51,109 nt of DNA, taken from positions 1 to 51,109 of IMG/VR virus record IMGVR_UViG_3300035493_000046. One strand, 5' to 3'. This document shows positions 38,129 to 47,421 of this stretch, in pieces. The notes under the pieces were generated by a model. That model was given only the letters and a program-made list of their open reading frames with translations. It did no database searches and was not told the origin of the DNA. Each line of letters opens with the position of its first letter. Position 1 is the stretch's first letter. The position numbers and the translations under genes were made by a program. The stretch is from a virus (lineage: Duplodnaviria > Caudoviricetes).

Positions 38129-39581
38129 AAAAATTACACTCACAATCTTAGACCATGTTAACTGCCACTTTGATGGGCTAACCGAAGGTCAAATAAAGCA
38201 CATCATAGACAAGACTAGTATCGTTGACCCAACACTGTATCATTCTGTTGGTTATAAGCTAGGACACATTGATGCTAAGGTTTCTTATTTCGATGAAGAA
38301 GGGTTTAGCTTTGTCTATTCTATTGATGAAGTATTGAACATACTTGAAAGAGATTTTAAGATTAACGATATTGATATTGTTGACGAAAGAGACTTTAGCA
38401 TCATTCCAGACAACCTATCGATTGAAGAAGATTTTTTGATTGAAGAAACTGGTTATAATCTTAGACCACACCAAGTCAATGTTGTTAACTCTGCATTGCG
38501 TGAAAAATTCGGTACAATTGATGCCAGTACATCGGCAGGAAAGACCTTGATATGTTTGGCAATCTCTAAGAAGCTTGACCCATATATCAAAACAGTCATC
38601 ATTGTTCCTAGTGAACAGTTACTCAACCAAACATTTGAAGACTATAAAAAGTCATCGCTGAGTGTTGGTAAACTTCATTCTAAGATTGCACCAAAAGACC
38701 GTGAGAAGTTTATTAATGACCATAGACATATCATTGTAACATCGAAGTTATTTGTTAACTGTAAGGATATATTTTCGTCTAATATTTTCGCACTTATCCA
38801 AGACGAGAACCAAGTCAGTGGTGAGGTATTGATGAATGTCTTTAGGTTTGATGTTCCGCAATACCCAATGAAGCTAGGACTAACTGGTTCATTCCCTTAT
38901 ACCAATAAGTTAAAGGCTAGAATGATAAACAATCACTTAGGTGGGGGCGTGATTGCTGTTGTTGAACCAAAGGAATTGGTTGATAAGGGATTTGTTTCAA
39001 CGGTTGATATATCCACTGTTAAGACAGTTGACCTAGAGGTTGAAGAACTTTTCCAAGAGATTGATACCCAAAGAAAATATGAATGGTCGATTGAACAGAA
39101 CTACTTATTAGGAAACAAGAACAGAATAAAGGCTATAGGAGATTGGCTACACGGTCTTCCTAAGAAGAATACTCTAGTTCTTTGCCATGCTCAGTTTGGC
39201 AATGAGTTATCAAAATATATGGGTCTTCCATTTATTGATAAGGATACTTCCGTAACAGAAAGAAGTAATTCTTTTTCTAAGTTTGGCATCACCGACGATC
39301 ATATCCAGTTAGCATCATTCGGCACAAGCGCGACAGGTATCAGTGAGAATGATATTTTCGTCGTGGTCATGATTGATGTTGGTAAAAATAGAACTGCTAT
39401 ACTTCAGTCTATCGGACGGGGTATGCGAAAGTCTGATAAACAAGACCATGTAGATATAGTTGACATTTACGCAAACTTGAAGTATAGTAAAAGACATTAC
39501 TCAACGCGAACTGCGTTATATAAAGAGAAGCACTATCCACATAAGGATATTGGATACAAAATCATAGTAAAGGGGGATTGA
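38121..39581 (+). CDS. uvsW: SF2 helicase UvsW-like
   Basis: LRPHQ, TSAGKT, DENQ (motif II variant), GLTGS, TGI, QSIGRGMR. Confidence 0.88.
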   Translation: MAKKITLTILDHVNCHFDGLTEGQIKHIIDKTSIVDPTLYHSVGYKLGHIDAKVSYFDEEGFSFVYSIDEVLNILERDFKINDIDIVDERDFSIIPDNLSIEEDFLIEETGYNLRPHQVNVVNSALREKFGTIDASTSAGKTLICLAISKKLDPYIKTVIIVPSEQLLNQTFEDYKKSSLSVGKLHSKIAPKDREKFINDHRHIIVTSKLFVNCKDIFSSNIFALIQDENQVSGEVLMNVFRFDVPQYPMKLGLTGSFPYTNKLKARMINNHLGGGVIAVVEPKELVDKGFVSTVDISTVKTVDLEVEELFQEIDTQRKYEWSIEQNYLLGNKNRIKAIGDWLHGLPKKNTLVLCHAQFGNELSKYMGLPFIDKDTSVTERSNSFSKFGITDDHIQLASFGTSATGISENDIFVVVMIDVGKNRTAILQSIGRGMRKSDKQDHVDIVDIYANLKYSKRHYSTRTALYKEKHYPHKDIGYKIIVKGD

Positions 39582-40063
39582 TGAATTATTTGGGCGAATA
39601 TAATAAAGTTGTTGATGGGGCTAAGCGAGAAAACCTAGACCAACGTATTTTTGAGTTTAACTTAAAACCTGATAAGGAAGACTACTTCTTAAACTATTTT
39701 CTAAACTGGGATAGAGTGGTTGGTGATGTATATACCTTAAAGATTGGTGGACATACCTTTCAAATTGGTGCAGGGTTATATGTTTTCGTTGGGTGTGAAG
39801 ACGCTGACGGAGATTGGGCAATCATTGACGAAATCATCGGAAGGGATATACAGATATTTATGACAACCCCAAATATGACTTCATGGAGTTTCGAAGAACC
39901 ATCACTGTTAGGTATCAACTCTAATGGGGGTTATTACTTCCCATCATCAAGAAATCCCATTCCAGTGGTTTCTAATGACGGTGAAGCTATCATCATGGTT
40001 TCTGTCGTAGACCAATATCGTTCGCATAAAGGTCGTGACCACTTAGCACTTTTCATTTTATAA
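39578..40063 (+). CDS. Hypothetical protein
   Basis: 161-aa ORF coupled to uvsW. Confidence 0.75.
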   Translation: MMNYLGEYNKVVDGAKRENLDQRIFEFNLKPDKEDYFLNYFLNWDRVVGDVYTLKIGGHTFQIGAGLYVFVGCEDADGDWAIIDEIIGRDIQIFMTTPNMTSWSFEEPSLLGINSNGGYYFPSSRNPIPVVSNDGEAIIMVSVVDQYRSHKGRDHLALFIL

Positions 40064-40578
40064 TGTATTTTGATTCCAAACATAAAAGGGTTCTACTTCG
40101 TGATGGCAAATCCATAGTAGACCCATTTGAATATGCTAGAGCCATTATAGAATCAAGGAGAGAGGATAATATTTTGGTTCTAGCATCTAATGATACTGAT
40201 AAGTATAAATTCGTCAGAGGGGTTGATATATCTTCTGATGTAGAAGACGTTGAGCCATTGCCTAGCCATATTGAACCCGACATTGACGAAATTTACACCA
40301 TACTTGCAGAATCAGAGAGGTTTACTTGTACAGGCAAGGAAGTGAAAAGGATACGGCATGAACTTGATTACTTTTATGAAAATAATCATATTGGGTTCTT
40401 ACTAAAACTCCATGATATGATTCAAAAGTTTAAGAAGGATGGCGTTGTGTGGGGAGTTGGTCGAGGTTCAGGAAGTGCATCATATGTTTTGTATCTCTTA
40501 GAGGTGCATGACATTGACCCCATAAAATATAACATTGATTTTAGTGAAATGAGTAAGGAGGTTATGGAATATGACTGA
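40063..40578 (+). CDS. DNA polymerase III alpha (DnaE)-like fragment
   Basis: RI..EL......FL...D.I......VWGVGRGSGSASYVLYLL....IDPIKY. Confidence 0.8.
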   Translation: MYFDSKHKRVLLRDGKSIVDPFEYARAIIESRREDNILVLASNDTDKYKFVRGVDISSDVEDVEPLPSHIEPDIDEIYTILAESERFTCTGKEVKRIRHELDYFYENNHIGFLLKLHDMIQKFKKDGVVWGVGRGSGSASYVLYLLEVHDIDPIKYNIDFSEMSKEVMEYD

Positions 40579-40867
40579 TGTTGATTATAAGAATTGGACT
40601 TTAACTAAGAAGTCAGTTTTGATTAAGCTTAAGCCTAAGCAAGAAATACAAAAGACTAATATTTACTTTAAAGAAGAAATTGATTCTTCTCAGATTCAGT
40701 TCTTTGAAGTTCTTAAAGTATCCCCTAGCGTAACACTGGTTAAGGTTGGTGATGTTGTTGGTATTTCTTGGTTAAACTGCACCCAACAGTTTGAAGCCTA
40801 TCTTGATGGTGTTAAGTATAAGATGGGTATGAGCGATGAAGACCAAATAGAATTTATCTTGGAATAG
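40571..40867 (+). CDS. GroES-like co-chaperonin
   Basis: VLIK...EVLKVSP.V..VKVGDVV...E.QI. Confidence 0.65.
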   Translation: MTDVDYKNWTLTKKSVLIKLKPKQEIQKTNIYFKEEIDSSQIQFFEVLKVSPSVTLVKVGDVVGISWLNCTQQFEAYLDGVKYKMGMSDEDQIEFILE

Positions 40868-40869
40868 TC

Positions 40870-41133
40870 ATGTACGATTTCTACTATGCTGTGGTTGTAT
40901 CAGAGGATAAGAAGCCGTTGGCAATACTTAAACTTTCTGATAGGGCTGATGGTAAGGTTGATATTCTCTATGATGAGCATCCCTTTTCTGAAAATATGAT
41001 ATATCATATCAAAAAGGTAAGAAAGGGCGATGCTAAGAAATTTGACCCTGTTAGTCTTTATTTTTTCTTAGAATCACCATCAGTTGGGTTCTATGTTGAT
41101 AAAGAAATTGCAGAATCATTAAAATCAATTTAA
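40870..41133 (+). CDS. Hypothetical protein
   Basis: 87-aa ORF in the operon. Confidence 0.7.
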   Translation: MYDFYYAVVVSEDKKPLAILKLSDRADGKVDILYDEHPFSENMIYHIKKVRKGDAKKFDPVSLYFFLESPSVGFYVDKEIAESLKSI

Positions 41134-41141
41134 AAATTCTG

Positions 41142-41170
41142 TTGACATTCTATAAACTTTATTTTAAAAT
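41142..41170 (+). promoter_or_regulatory. sigma70-type promoter
   Basis: TTGACA-17-TAAAAT followed by GCTCTCA. Confidence 0.8.
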
Positions 41171-41204
41171 GCTCTCATGTTAAACAACAACGGAGAGCAT
41201 AAAC

Positions 41205-42143
41205 ATGAAAGAATTATTCACTGACACCACTTCTGTAAACCCAATCAAAAGCAAGAAAAATGGTACAATCATTTTAGCTAGTTATGAAAATGATGCCGCA
41301 TGGCAACTTGCGTTCAATGTCGTAAACTATCCAGTAGAAGTTGTTCCTTTATACTGGGGAGATAATAACCTAGCCAAAGGTATGACCAATTCAAATCGCA
41401 ATGTTCAGCACTTTGGTATTCTTGTTGACCGTAATCGTGACAACAACAAACAAGTTATTGCAACCGTAACGGACTCATATCACACAATCAATACCGAGTC
41501 GGTATATCGTGACCTCCATAAAGACTTATTGCAATCAGTGGTCATTGGCAAGCCTGAGCGTGTCTATGTGTCCACTAATGGTGGTCGTCAAACCTTAACT
41601 GTTCGCTTAGAAAAATTGACCACACCTGTTCTATCTATTGGTAGCTTCTCTATGGCTATCAACTTAACAACTAGCGTTGACGGAACGCTTAAACACTCTA
41701 TTAGTGTTAACCCCATTGATGAATCGGGAAGAACTGTTTTTGGTATTGAGTCCGAGTTCTCATTTTCATCAAAGCATACCAAGAATATCAAAGAACGTCA
41801 TGTGGCATTTTCGTTAATCATTGAGAGTATGCTAAGAGAATGGAATGAGGTTATTGCTCCCATGATGTCATTGATGGATTCAACCAAGCTTGACGCGAAT
41901 GTGGCACTTGATTTGGTAAAGAATATTCTTGAAGCATCTGGTATTCCAGACAAACATACTAATAAGATGATTGATGATGTTTCTGAGGGTTCTAACCATA
42001 CTGCATTGAGTGTACTTCATGGTATTACTTCTTATATTGATGATGCATTATCGGATAATCGCCCTGAGCGTGTTGAACAGTTTAAGAAGACATTGAACAA
42101 GACCGCAATGAAAGTTATTAAAAATAAATTGAAAATCTCTTGA
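41205..42143 (+). CDS. DUF932-like protein
   Basis: V.D.Y..I.., GGR, L.TS.DG and S.KHT pattern; family call tentative. Confidence 0.45.
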   Translation: MKELFTDTTSVNPIKSKKNGTIILASYENDAAWQLAFNVVNYPVEVVPLYWGDNNLAKGMTNSNRNVQHFGILVDRNRDNNKQVIATVTDSYHTINTESVYRDLHKDLLQSVVIGKPERVYVSTNGGRQTLTVRLEKLTTPVLSIGSFSMAINLTTSVDGTLKHSISVNPIDESGRTVFGIESEFSFSSKHTKNIKERHVAFSLIIESMLREWNEVIAPMMSLMDSTKLDANVALDLVKNILEASGIPDKHTNKMIDDVSEGSNHTALSVLHGITSYIDDALSDNRPERVEQFKKTLNKTAMKVIKNKLKIS

Positions 42144-42168
42144 TCGCATAACAATTTTATTTTAAAAT
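42140..42168 (+). promoter_or_regulatory. sigma70-type promoter
   Basis: TTGATC-17-TAAAAT followed by ACTCTCA; shares TTTATTTTAAAATRCTCTCA with the promoter at 41142. Confidence 0.65.
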
Positions 42169-42198
42169 ACTCTCACATTCAGAAAAAAGGAGAAAAAA

Positions 42199-43287
42199 AT
42201 GGACAATATCTTAAACAGCGTATCAATCGAAAAGGCTAAAGAAATTCTTAGCAAGTTTGCTGAACTTTCTATTAAGAAAGATTCAACACCAATGAACGTG
42301 ATGTTGATCGGTTCACCAGGTCTAGGTAAGTCTACCATTGTTAAGGCTATTGCCAAGGAAAATAATATGGGGCTTATTGATTTACGATTGGCTGGGTTTG
42401 ATGCCACTGATGTTGGGGGGTTGCCTTATGTTTCTAATGGAACGATGGTCTTTTCAGAACCCGAATGGTTTAAGGAAATCATTTCTAGTAATGGTAAGCC
42501 ATATATACTATTCTTAGACGAACTGACCAATGCGCCAGCCTCAACACAGTCTGCGGCATACCGTCTATTACTAGACCGTGAAATTACTAATGGTAAAAAG
42601 TTACCAAACAATGTGTTTATTGTTGCGGCAGGTAATACAAAAGAAGACCAATCAGGCGCAAGACCATTGCTTCCTCCATTAGCAAACCGTTTCGCCTTGC
42701 ACCTGTTCATCGATAAAAATAAGGCATCCGAATCATTCTTGAAGTATACTATCGAGAATAAGTTTGACCGTTCAATCATTGGCTTTCTATCATATAAGAA
42801 GTCTAATGTTAGTGTTGCTTATAGTAATAATCCCGCATTCGCTACCCCACGTTCGTGGGAGTATGTAAACACTATTCTCACGAATGGTATGTTCGATGGA
42901 ACAGACTTGGATATGGTTATAGCAGGTTCAATTGGTACTGATGTTGCGTCTGAGTTTTCAGCATTTCGTGAACTTAATCATAAGCTTCCTGATTGGGAAA
43001 AATTGAAGCATGATTCTACTTATGTGTATGATGTACCCAATGATGATGAAGCACTTAAGTATAGTATCTCTGTTGGTCTTTCTATTGAAATGTTGGACTC
43101 ATTGGAACAAGATGATGCCGTGGCTATTAAGTCTTTGGCTAAGTTCTTGGAAGCATTCTCTGATGAAATTAAGATTCTAGTATTCAGAACAATGAAAAAA
43201 GACCAAACCAACATGAGAAAGCTGGTAAAATATGCTGAACTTCTTAAAGAGTTCCGTTCAATTTCAAAGTATGTTTTAGGAGAATAA
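42199..43287 (+). CDS. MoxR-like AAA+ ATPase
   Basis: GSPGLGKS, DLRL, LFLDEL, AAGN, LANRF and TPRSWE motifs. Confidence 0.9.
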   Translation: MDNILNSVSIEKAKEILSKFAELSIKKDSTPMNVMLIGSPGLGKSTIVKAIAKENNMGLIDLRLAGFDATDVGGLPYVSNGTMVFSEPEWFKEIISSNGKPYILFLDELTNAPASTQSAAYRLLLDREITNGKKLPNNVFIVAAGNTKEDQSGARPLLPPLANRFALHLFIDKNKASESFLKYTIENKFDRSIIGFLSYKKSNVSVAYSNNPAFATPRSWEYVNTILTNGMFDGTDLDMVIAGSIGTDVASEFSAFRELNHKLPDWEKLKHDSTYVYDVPNDDEALKYSISVGLSIEMLDSLEQDDAVAIKSLAKFLEAFSDEIKILVFRTMKKDQTNMRKLVKYAELLKEFRSISKYVLGE

Positions 43288-43290
43288 ATT

Positions 43291-44526
43291 ATGATGTTTA
43301 GTGTAGTAGAAACCACAGAAGAACTTCAAGAGACTTTGGTTAAGGCAAAGGTATATATGGGGCTTGCTACTGCGCTATTCTCTTATATGCTCTATAGAAC
43401 CAATATACAGTTTACGGATGATGAAAAAATTAGCACAGCAGCCGCAACCATCACAAAAGATGGAAACTTCATCTATATTAATACGAAGTTTTGGCTTTCA
43501 CTCACTGATAAGCAAAGAGCATTCTTGCTTCTTCATGAAGTCGCCCATATCTTCTTGGAACATCCAATCAGAAGTAAAGAAAATGCCTATAACAATGACG
43601 TGTATAATAATGCCGCCGATTATTACATAAACCTGATGGCTACTGGGAAATATAGTTATGCGAACGGCAAAGTCTCTACAAATGAAAGATATGCAAAGTA
43701 TCTTGAGTTTATTGATGGGGGTCTTCTTGATGAACAGTATATGGGTATGTCTGCTGATGAAATATACTTCCTACTAATGGAACAGGCAGAAGAACTTCCA
43801 CAAAGTATTATGGATGGTGATATTATCTCAGCCGACGGAATGTTTTGTGATATTAGTGAAGAGGTACATAATCAGATTCAACGCAATCGAGTGACAGCAA
43901 TAGAAGCTATTGTTAATGCAGAATCTTCACAACAGGTAGGAGAGAATGAGGGAAATATTGTAAGAATGTTTCAAAATCTTGTTAAACCAAAGATTCACTG
44001 GACTGAACACCTTCAGAATACCTTTGTTAAAAACAAGAAAGAAAGAACAACTTATAAGCGATATAACAGAAAATCCAATGAGGTCATTTTCCCAACTTAT
44101 GAAGGAAACCATATTAATGTGGTCTTTGGTATTGACACATCAGGATCAATGAGTAAAGATGATATTACTAGAGCCGTGTCTGAACTGAGTGGTCTTCTTG
44201 AAACTTATGATTCGTGGAAACTTCACTTGGCAACAGCCGATGCTAAGGTCTATGTTATCGGAGTATATGAGTCTTCTATAGATGGGTTTAATGATATTGA
44301 CTTTTCTAAGATGCTAGGCGGTGGTGGAACTAAAATGAGTGTTATTGTTGACTATGCTAGAGAAGTTAATCACGAGGATGAAATCAATACGTGCATCATT
44401 TTAACCGATGGTTATTTATTCAACGATGACTTGAACACCCTAGAAGATTTTGGTATAATTACTGTTGTTACTGAAAGTGGCAACAAGTCTTATGAAAATA
44501 ATAAAGTGGAGGTAATTCATGTTTAA
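43291..44526 (+). CDS. Metallopeptidase + VWA domain protein (DUF2201-like)
   Basis: LHEVAH..H, N.AAD..IN, DTSGSM (MIDAS), GGGGT and LTDG motifs. Confidence 0.88.
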   Translation: MMFSVVETTEELQETLVKAKVYMGLATALFSYMLYRTNIQFTDDEKISTAAATITKDGNFIYINTKFWLSLTDKQRAFLLLHEVAHIFLEHPIRSKENAYNNDVYNNAADYYINLMATGKYSYANGKVSTNERYAKYLEFIDGGLLDEQYMGMSADEIYFLLMEQAEELPQSIMDGDIISADGMFCDISEEVHNQIQRNRVTAIEAIVNAESSQQVGENEGNIVRMFQNLVKPKIHWTEHLQNTFVKNKKERTTYKRYNRKSNEVIFPTYEGNHINVVFGIDTSGSMSKDDITRAVSELSGLLETYDSWKLHLATADAKVYVIGVYESSIDGFNDIDFSKMLGGGGTKMSVIVDYAREVNHEDEINTCIILTDGYLFNDDLNTLEDFGIITVVTESGNKSYENNKVEVIHV

Positions 44527-45316
44527 AACCGCAAACGAAGAACGGTGCGAAGATCAGGGAAAGTTTATCTCCATTATAGAGAATGGTGGGCGAGTTGAGG
44601 TTTATGTTCGTGGAAGTCCTATGGAATCTACCAGAGAACTTATTGCACTTCAACAAGCATCAGAAAATTTTGATACGGCTATAGTTTGGATTAACTCACC
44701 TGGTGGTGATGTATCATTGCTTGTTGAACTGATGAATATCCTAAAGAACTTCAACAATCTTGTTACCATTGGAACAGGTCAAATTGCATCAGCAGGGGCT
44801 ATGCTTTGGTGTATTGGTGATGTTCGGGTTCTTATGGATTACACGGATTTTATGATTCATCGTGAAAGTTACTACTATGGTTATGCTAAGACCCAAGAAC
44901 ATCTTGAACACGCTTCGCATACGAACCGCCTATATACAAAGATGATTGTCCAACTGTTTGGTGGTATTCTTACCGAAGAAGAGATTGAAAAGGCAAAACT
45001 TACAGAAGTTTTCTTTGTTCCTGATGAACTTATTGAACGTGGTGTTGCAATTTCCTATGAACAGTTTAAAAAATATGATATGATAGAGGCTACTGTGAGA
45101 AACTTGGTTGTTATGAATAATATCACTTTCATGGATAACCAAGACGGAACAATGACCATGCTAGAAGGCATTGAATTTGGTACAACAGCAAAGTCCTCTG
45201 AAGTCCAATATATTCTTCTCAATGAAATTGATTATATGGGTTCTATGTATGAAGGAGAAGAAGTTTTAGAAGAAGAACCAAAGAAAGTTAAGAAAACCAA
45301 AAAGGAGAAAAAATGA
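44519..45316 (+). CDS. ClpP-like protease
   Basis: INSPGGDV, ASAGAM (catalytic Ser) and FMIH (catalytic His). Confidence 0.8.
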   Translation: MFKTANEERCEDQGKFISIIENGGRVEVYVRGSPMESTRELIALQQASENFDTAIVWINSPGGDVSLLVELMNILKNFNNLVTIGTGQIASAGAMLWCIGDVRVLMDYTDFMIHRESYYYGYAKTQEHLEHASHTNRLYTKMIVQLFGGILTEEEIEKAKLTEVFFVPDELIERGVAISYEQFKKYDMIEATVRNLVVMNNITFMDNQDGTMTMLEGIEFGTTAKSSEVQYILLNEIDYMGSMYEGEEVLEEEPKKVKKTKKEKK

Positions 45317-45594
45317 GCGATAATCATCTATACCTAAGCCCTGAACAATTCACTGCACTAGACAAGGCTATCCAAGAGTGTGTGCAATCAAACTTCCGCA
45401 TTGAAGGTGAGAAATCTTTTCAAAAGGATGTTTCTGCTCGCATCAAGGATGAACTGGGCATTAAGCCTGCCGAGTTTAATAAACTGGTTTCTGAATACTT
45501 TGACAATAAGGTTTCGGATAACATTCAAAAGTTAGAGAGCATTCTAGAAATTAAGGAACAGATTGATACAGCAATCAAAAATGCTAAGGCGTAA
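45313..45594 (+). CDS. T4 DsbA-like dsDNA-binding protein
   Basis: IE.EK...KD...RIKDELGI....FNKL...Y. Confidence 0.7.
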   Translation: MSDNHLYLSPEQFTALDKAIQECVQSNFRIEGEKSFQKDVSARIKDELGIKPAEFNKLVSEYFDNKVSDNIQKLESILEIKEQIDTAIKNAKA

Positions 45595-45598
45595 ACAC

Positions 45599-45649
45599 TA
45601 GACAATGCCATTGTAGTGTGATATAATCCCCTTTATTGGGGATTTTTTT
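45599..45649 (+). promoter_or_regulatory. sigma70 promoter for the polymerase, overlapping a terminator hairpin
   Basis: TAGACA-17-TATAAT(45622); AATCCCC/GGGGATT plus T-run at 45625-45649. Confidence 0.75.
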
Positions 45650-45667
45650 ATTAAGGGGGAGTATAAG

Positions 45668-47407
45668 TTGAGCAAGCCATTTTATATTGATGTTTATGAA
45701 AACGGTGAGGATATTGTTTACTGGTCTAGAGACAGTAAAGGAATCACACAGCACACCGTACCAACTGAGGATTACTGCTACTGCTTTCAGCCTGATAATA
45801 CAGGGAGTAGTGAATACAAGGACATTTACGGAAGCCCTATGTCTAAGATGTTCTTTAAGAACCCTTGGGACATGAGAAGCTATGCTAAGACACGTGATGA
45901 TCTTTGTGAATCCGATGTAAAGGTTAGCCAAAAGTTTATGATTGATGAGTTTGTTGATGCAGACATAGAATCTCCTTATAATGTAGCTTATTGGGATATT
46001 GAAGTTGAATTTGACTTATCAGAAGGAAAAGGATACCCAACTCCAGATAATCCTTTTGGTGAGATTAATGCCATTCAGTTATATTTAAAAACTGAAAATG
46101 TTTATGCCATCATCTTACCGCTTGAAGTTAAGGGACAAGTCAATCTTGTTGATGACATTGATAATATCCCAGTTGAAATGGTATGGTGTAGGAATGAGAA
46201 AGAAATCATAGAAGCCTTTGTTGAACTTATTGATGATGTCGATTACCTTACTGGTTGGTTTACGGCGGGGTTCGATATGCCTTATATTTACAAAAGGGCT
46301 TGTATGATATTTGGTGAGAAGAAAGCCAAGACGATGTTTTGTCGTGGTGGATTCCCCATTCAAGTAAGAGAGTTTACAAATGAGTTTGGCGAAGAAAAGG
46401 CAGAATATCAACTAGTAGGAAGAAAGCAGGTCGATATGCTTGAACTTTATAAGAAGTTTGTTCCTGGAGAAAAGCCAAACTTTAAACTTGATACCATTGT
46501 TGAGATTGAACTTGGTGAAAGTAAGGTAGACTATGATGATGACTTAGGAAGCCTTTATCGAGAAAACCCACAAAAGTTTTATGAGTATGCCTTGCATGAT
46601 GTTAGACTTCTTAAAATGTTGGATGAGAAAATAAAAATCATTGACTTGGCTGTAAACATGGCTAGGAGTTCTTGTGCATTGTTGAATGATGTCACGGGAA
46701 GCATTAAGATGATTGAAGCTGATCTTAACAAGTTTTGTCGTGTGCGAGGTATTGTTATGCCTGATAAAAAACACCATGAAAAGGAATCGTATCCGGGTGC
46801 TGTGGTTTATGATGCCATCTCAGGTGTTCATAAAAGTGTTATGGATGTGGACTTGGTTAGTTTATATCCAAAAACCATGATGGTTCTTAACCTTTCTCCA
46901 GAAACAATGATATACCAACTAGACGGCAGTTATGATGATTATATAAAGGTCATAACACGAGATGATTCTTTGGGCGATGTTAAGCTTCATATCATAGAAA
47001 AGTGTGAGTATGTCGATGAAGTTGTGTGTAAGCCGTCTGAAGTCTTTGACATGGTTAAGGAGAACGGATATACCATATCTGGGCATGGAACAATATTCAA
47101 TGGAAAGCCCGGGTTATTATCAGAATATGTGTCTGAAGGGTTTGACCTAAGAAGCGAATATAAGCGTTTAATGAAAGTTGCTAGGGGGAATGGCGATGAC
47201 GTTCTTGAAAAGCGTTATGATGGCTACCAAAAAGTAATCAAGGTTGCAAGACTTAATGCGGTATATGGCGCATCGGGGAATGAGTTCTTTAGGTTCTTTA
47301 ATATAAACCTAGCGTCATCAATCACTATCAGCGCACAGATTATTAGTAAAAAGCAAGCATACGAGGCTAACAGAAATATGAGATTCCTTCACGAGTCTTA
47401 TTCGTAA
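45668..47407 (+). CDS. Family B DNA polymerase, N-terminal subunit (gp43A-like: exonuclease, motifs A and B)
   Basis: DIE, FDMPY, YALHDV, YPGAVV, DLVSLYP and LNAVYG motifs. Confidence 0.92.
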   Translation: MSKPFYIDVYENGEDIVYWSRDSKGITQHTVPTEDYCYCFQPDNTGSSEYKDIYGSPMSKMFFKNPWDMRSYAKTRDDLCESDVKVSQKFMIDEFVDADIESPYNVAYWDIEVEFDLSEGKGYPTPDNPFGEINAIQLYLKTENVYAIILPLEVKGQVNLVDDIDNIPVEMVWCRNEKEIIEAFVELIDDVDYLTGWFTAGFDMPYIYKRACMIFGEKKAKTMFCRGGFPIQVREFTNEFGEEKAEYQLVGRKQVDMLELYKKFVPGEKPNFKLDTIVEIELGESKVDYDDDLGSLYRENPQKFYEYALHDVRLLKMLDEKIKIIDLAVNMARSSCALLNDVTGSIKMIEADLNKFCRVRGIVMPDKKHHEKESYPGAVVYDAISGVHKSVMDVDLVSLYPKTMMVLNLSPETMIYQLDGSYDDYIKVITRDDSLGDVKLHIIEKCEYVDEVVCKPSEVFDMVKENGYTISGHGTIFNGKPGLLSEYVSEGFDLRSEYKRLMKVARGNGDDVLEKRYDGYQKVIKVARLNAVYGASGNEFFRFFNINLASSITISAQIISKKQAYEANRNMRFLHESYS

Positions 47408-47421
47408 AACAGGGGTATATT

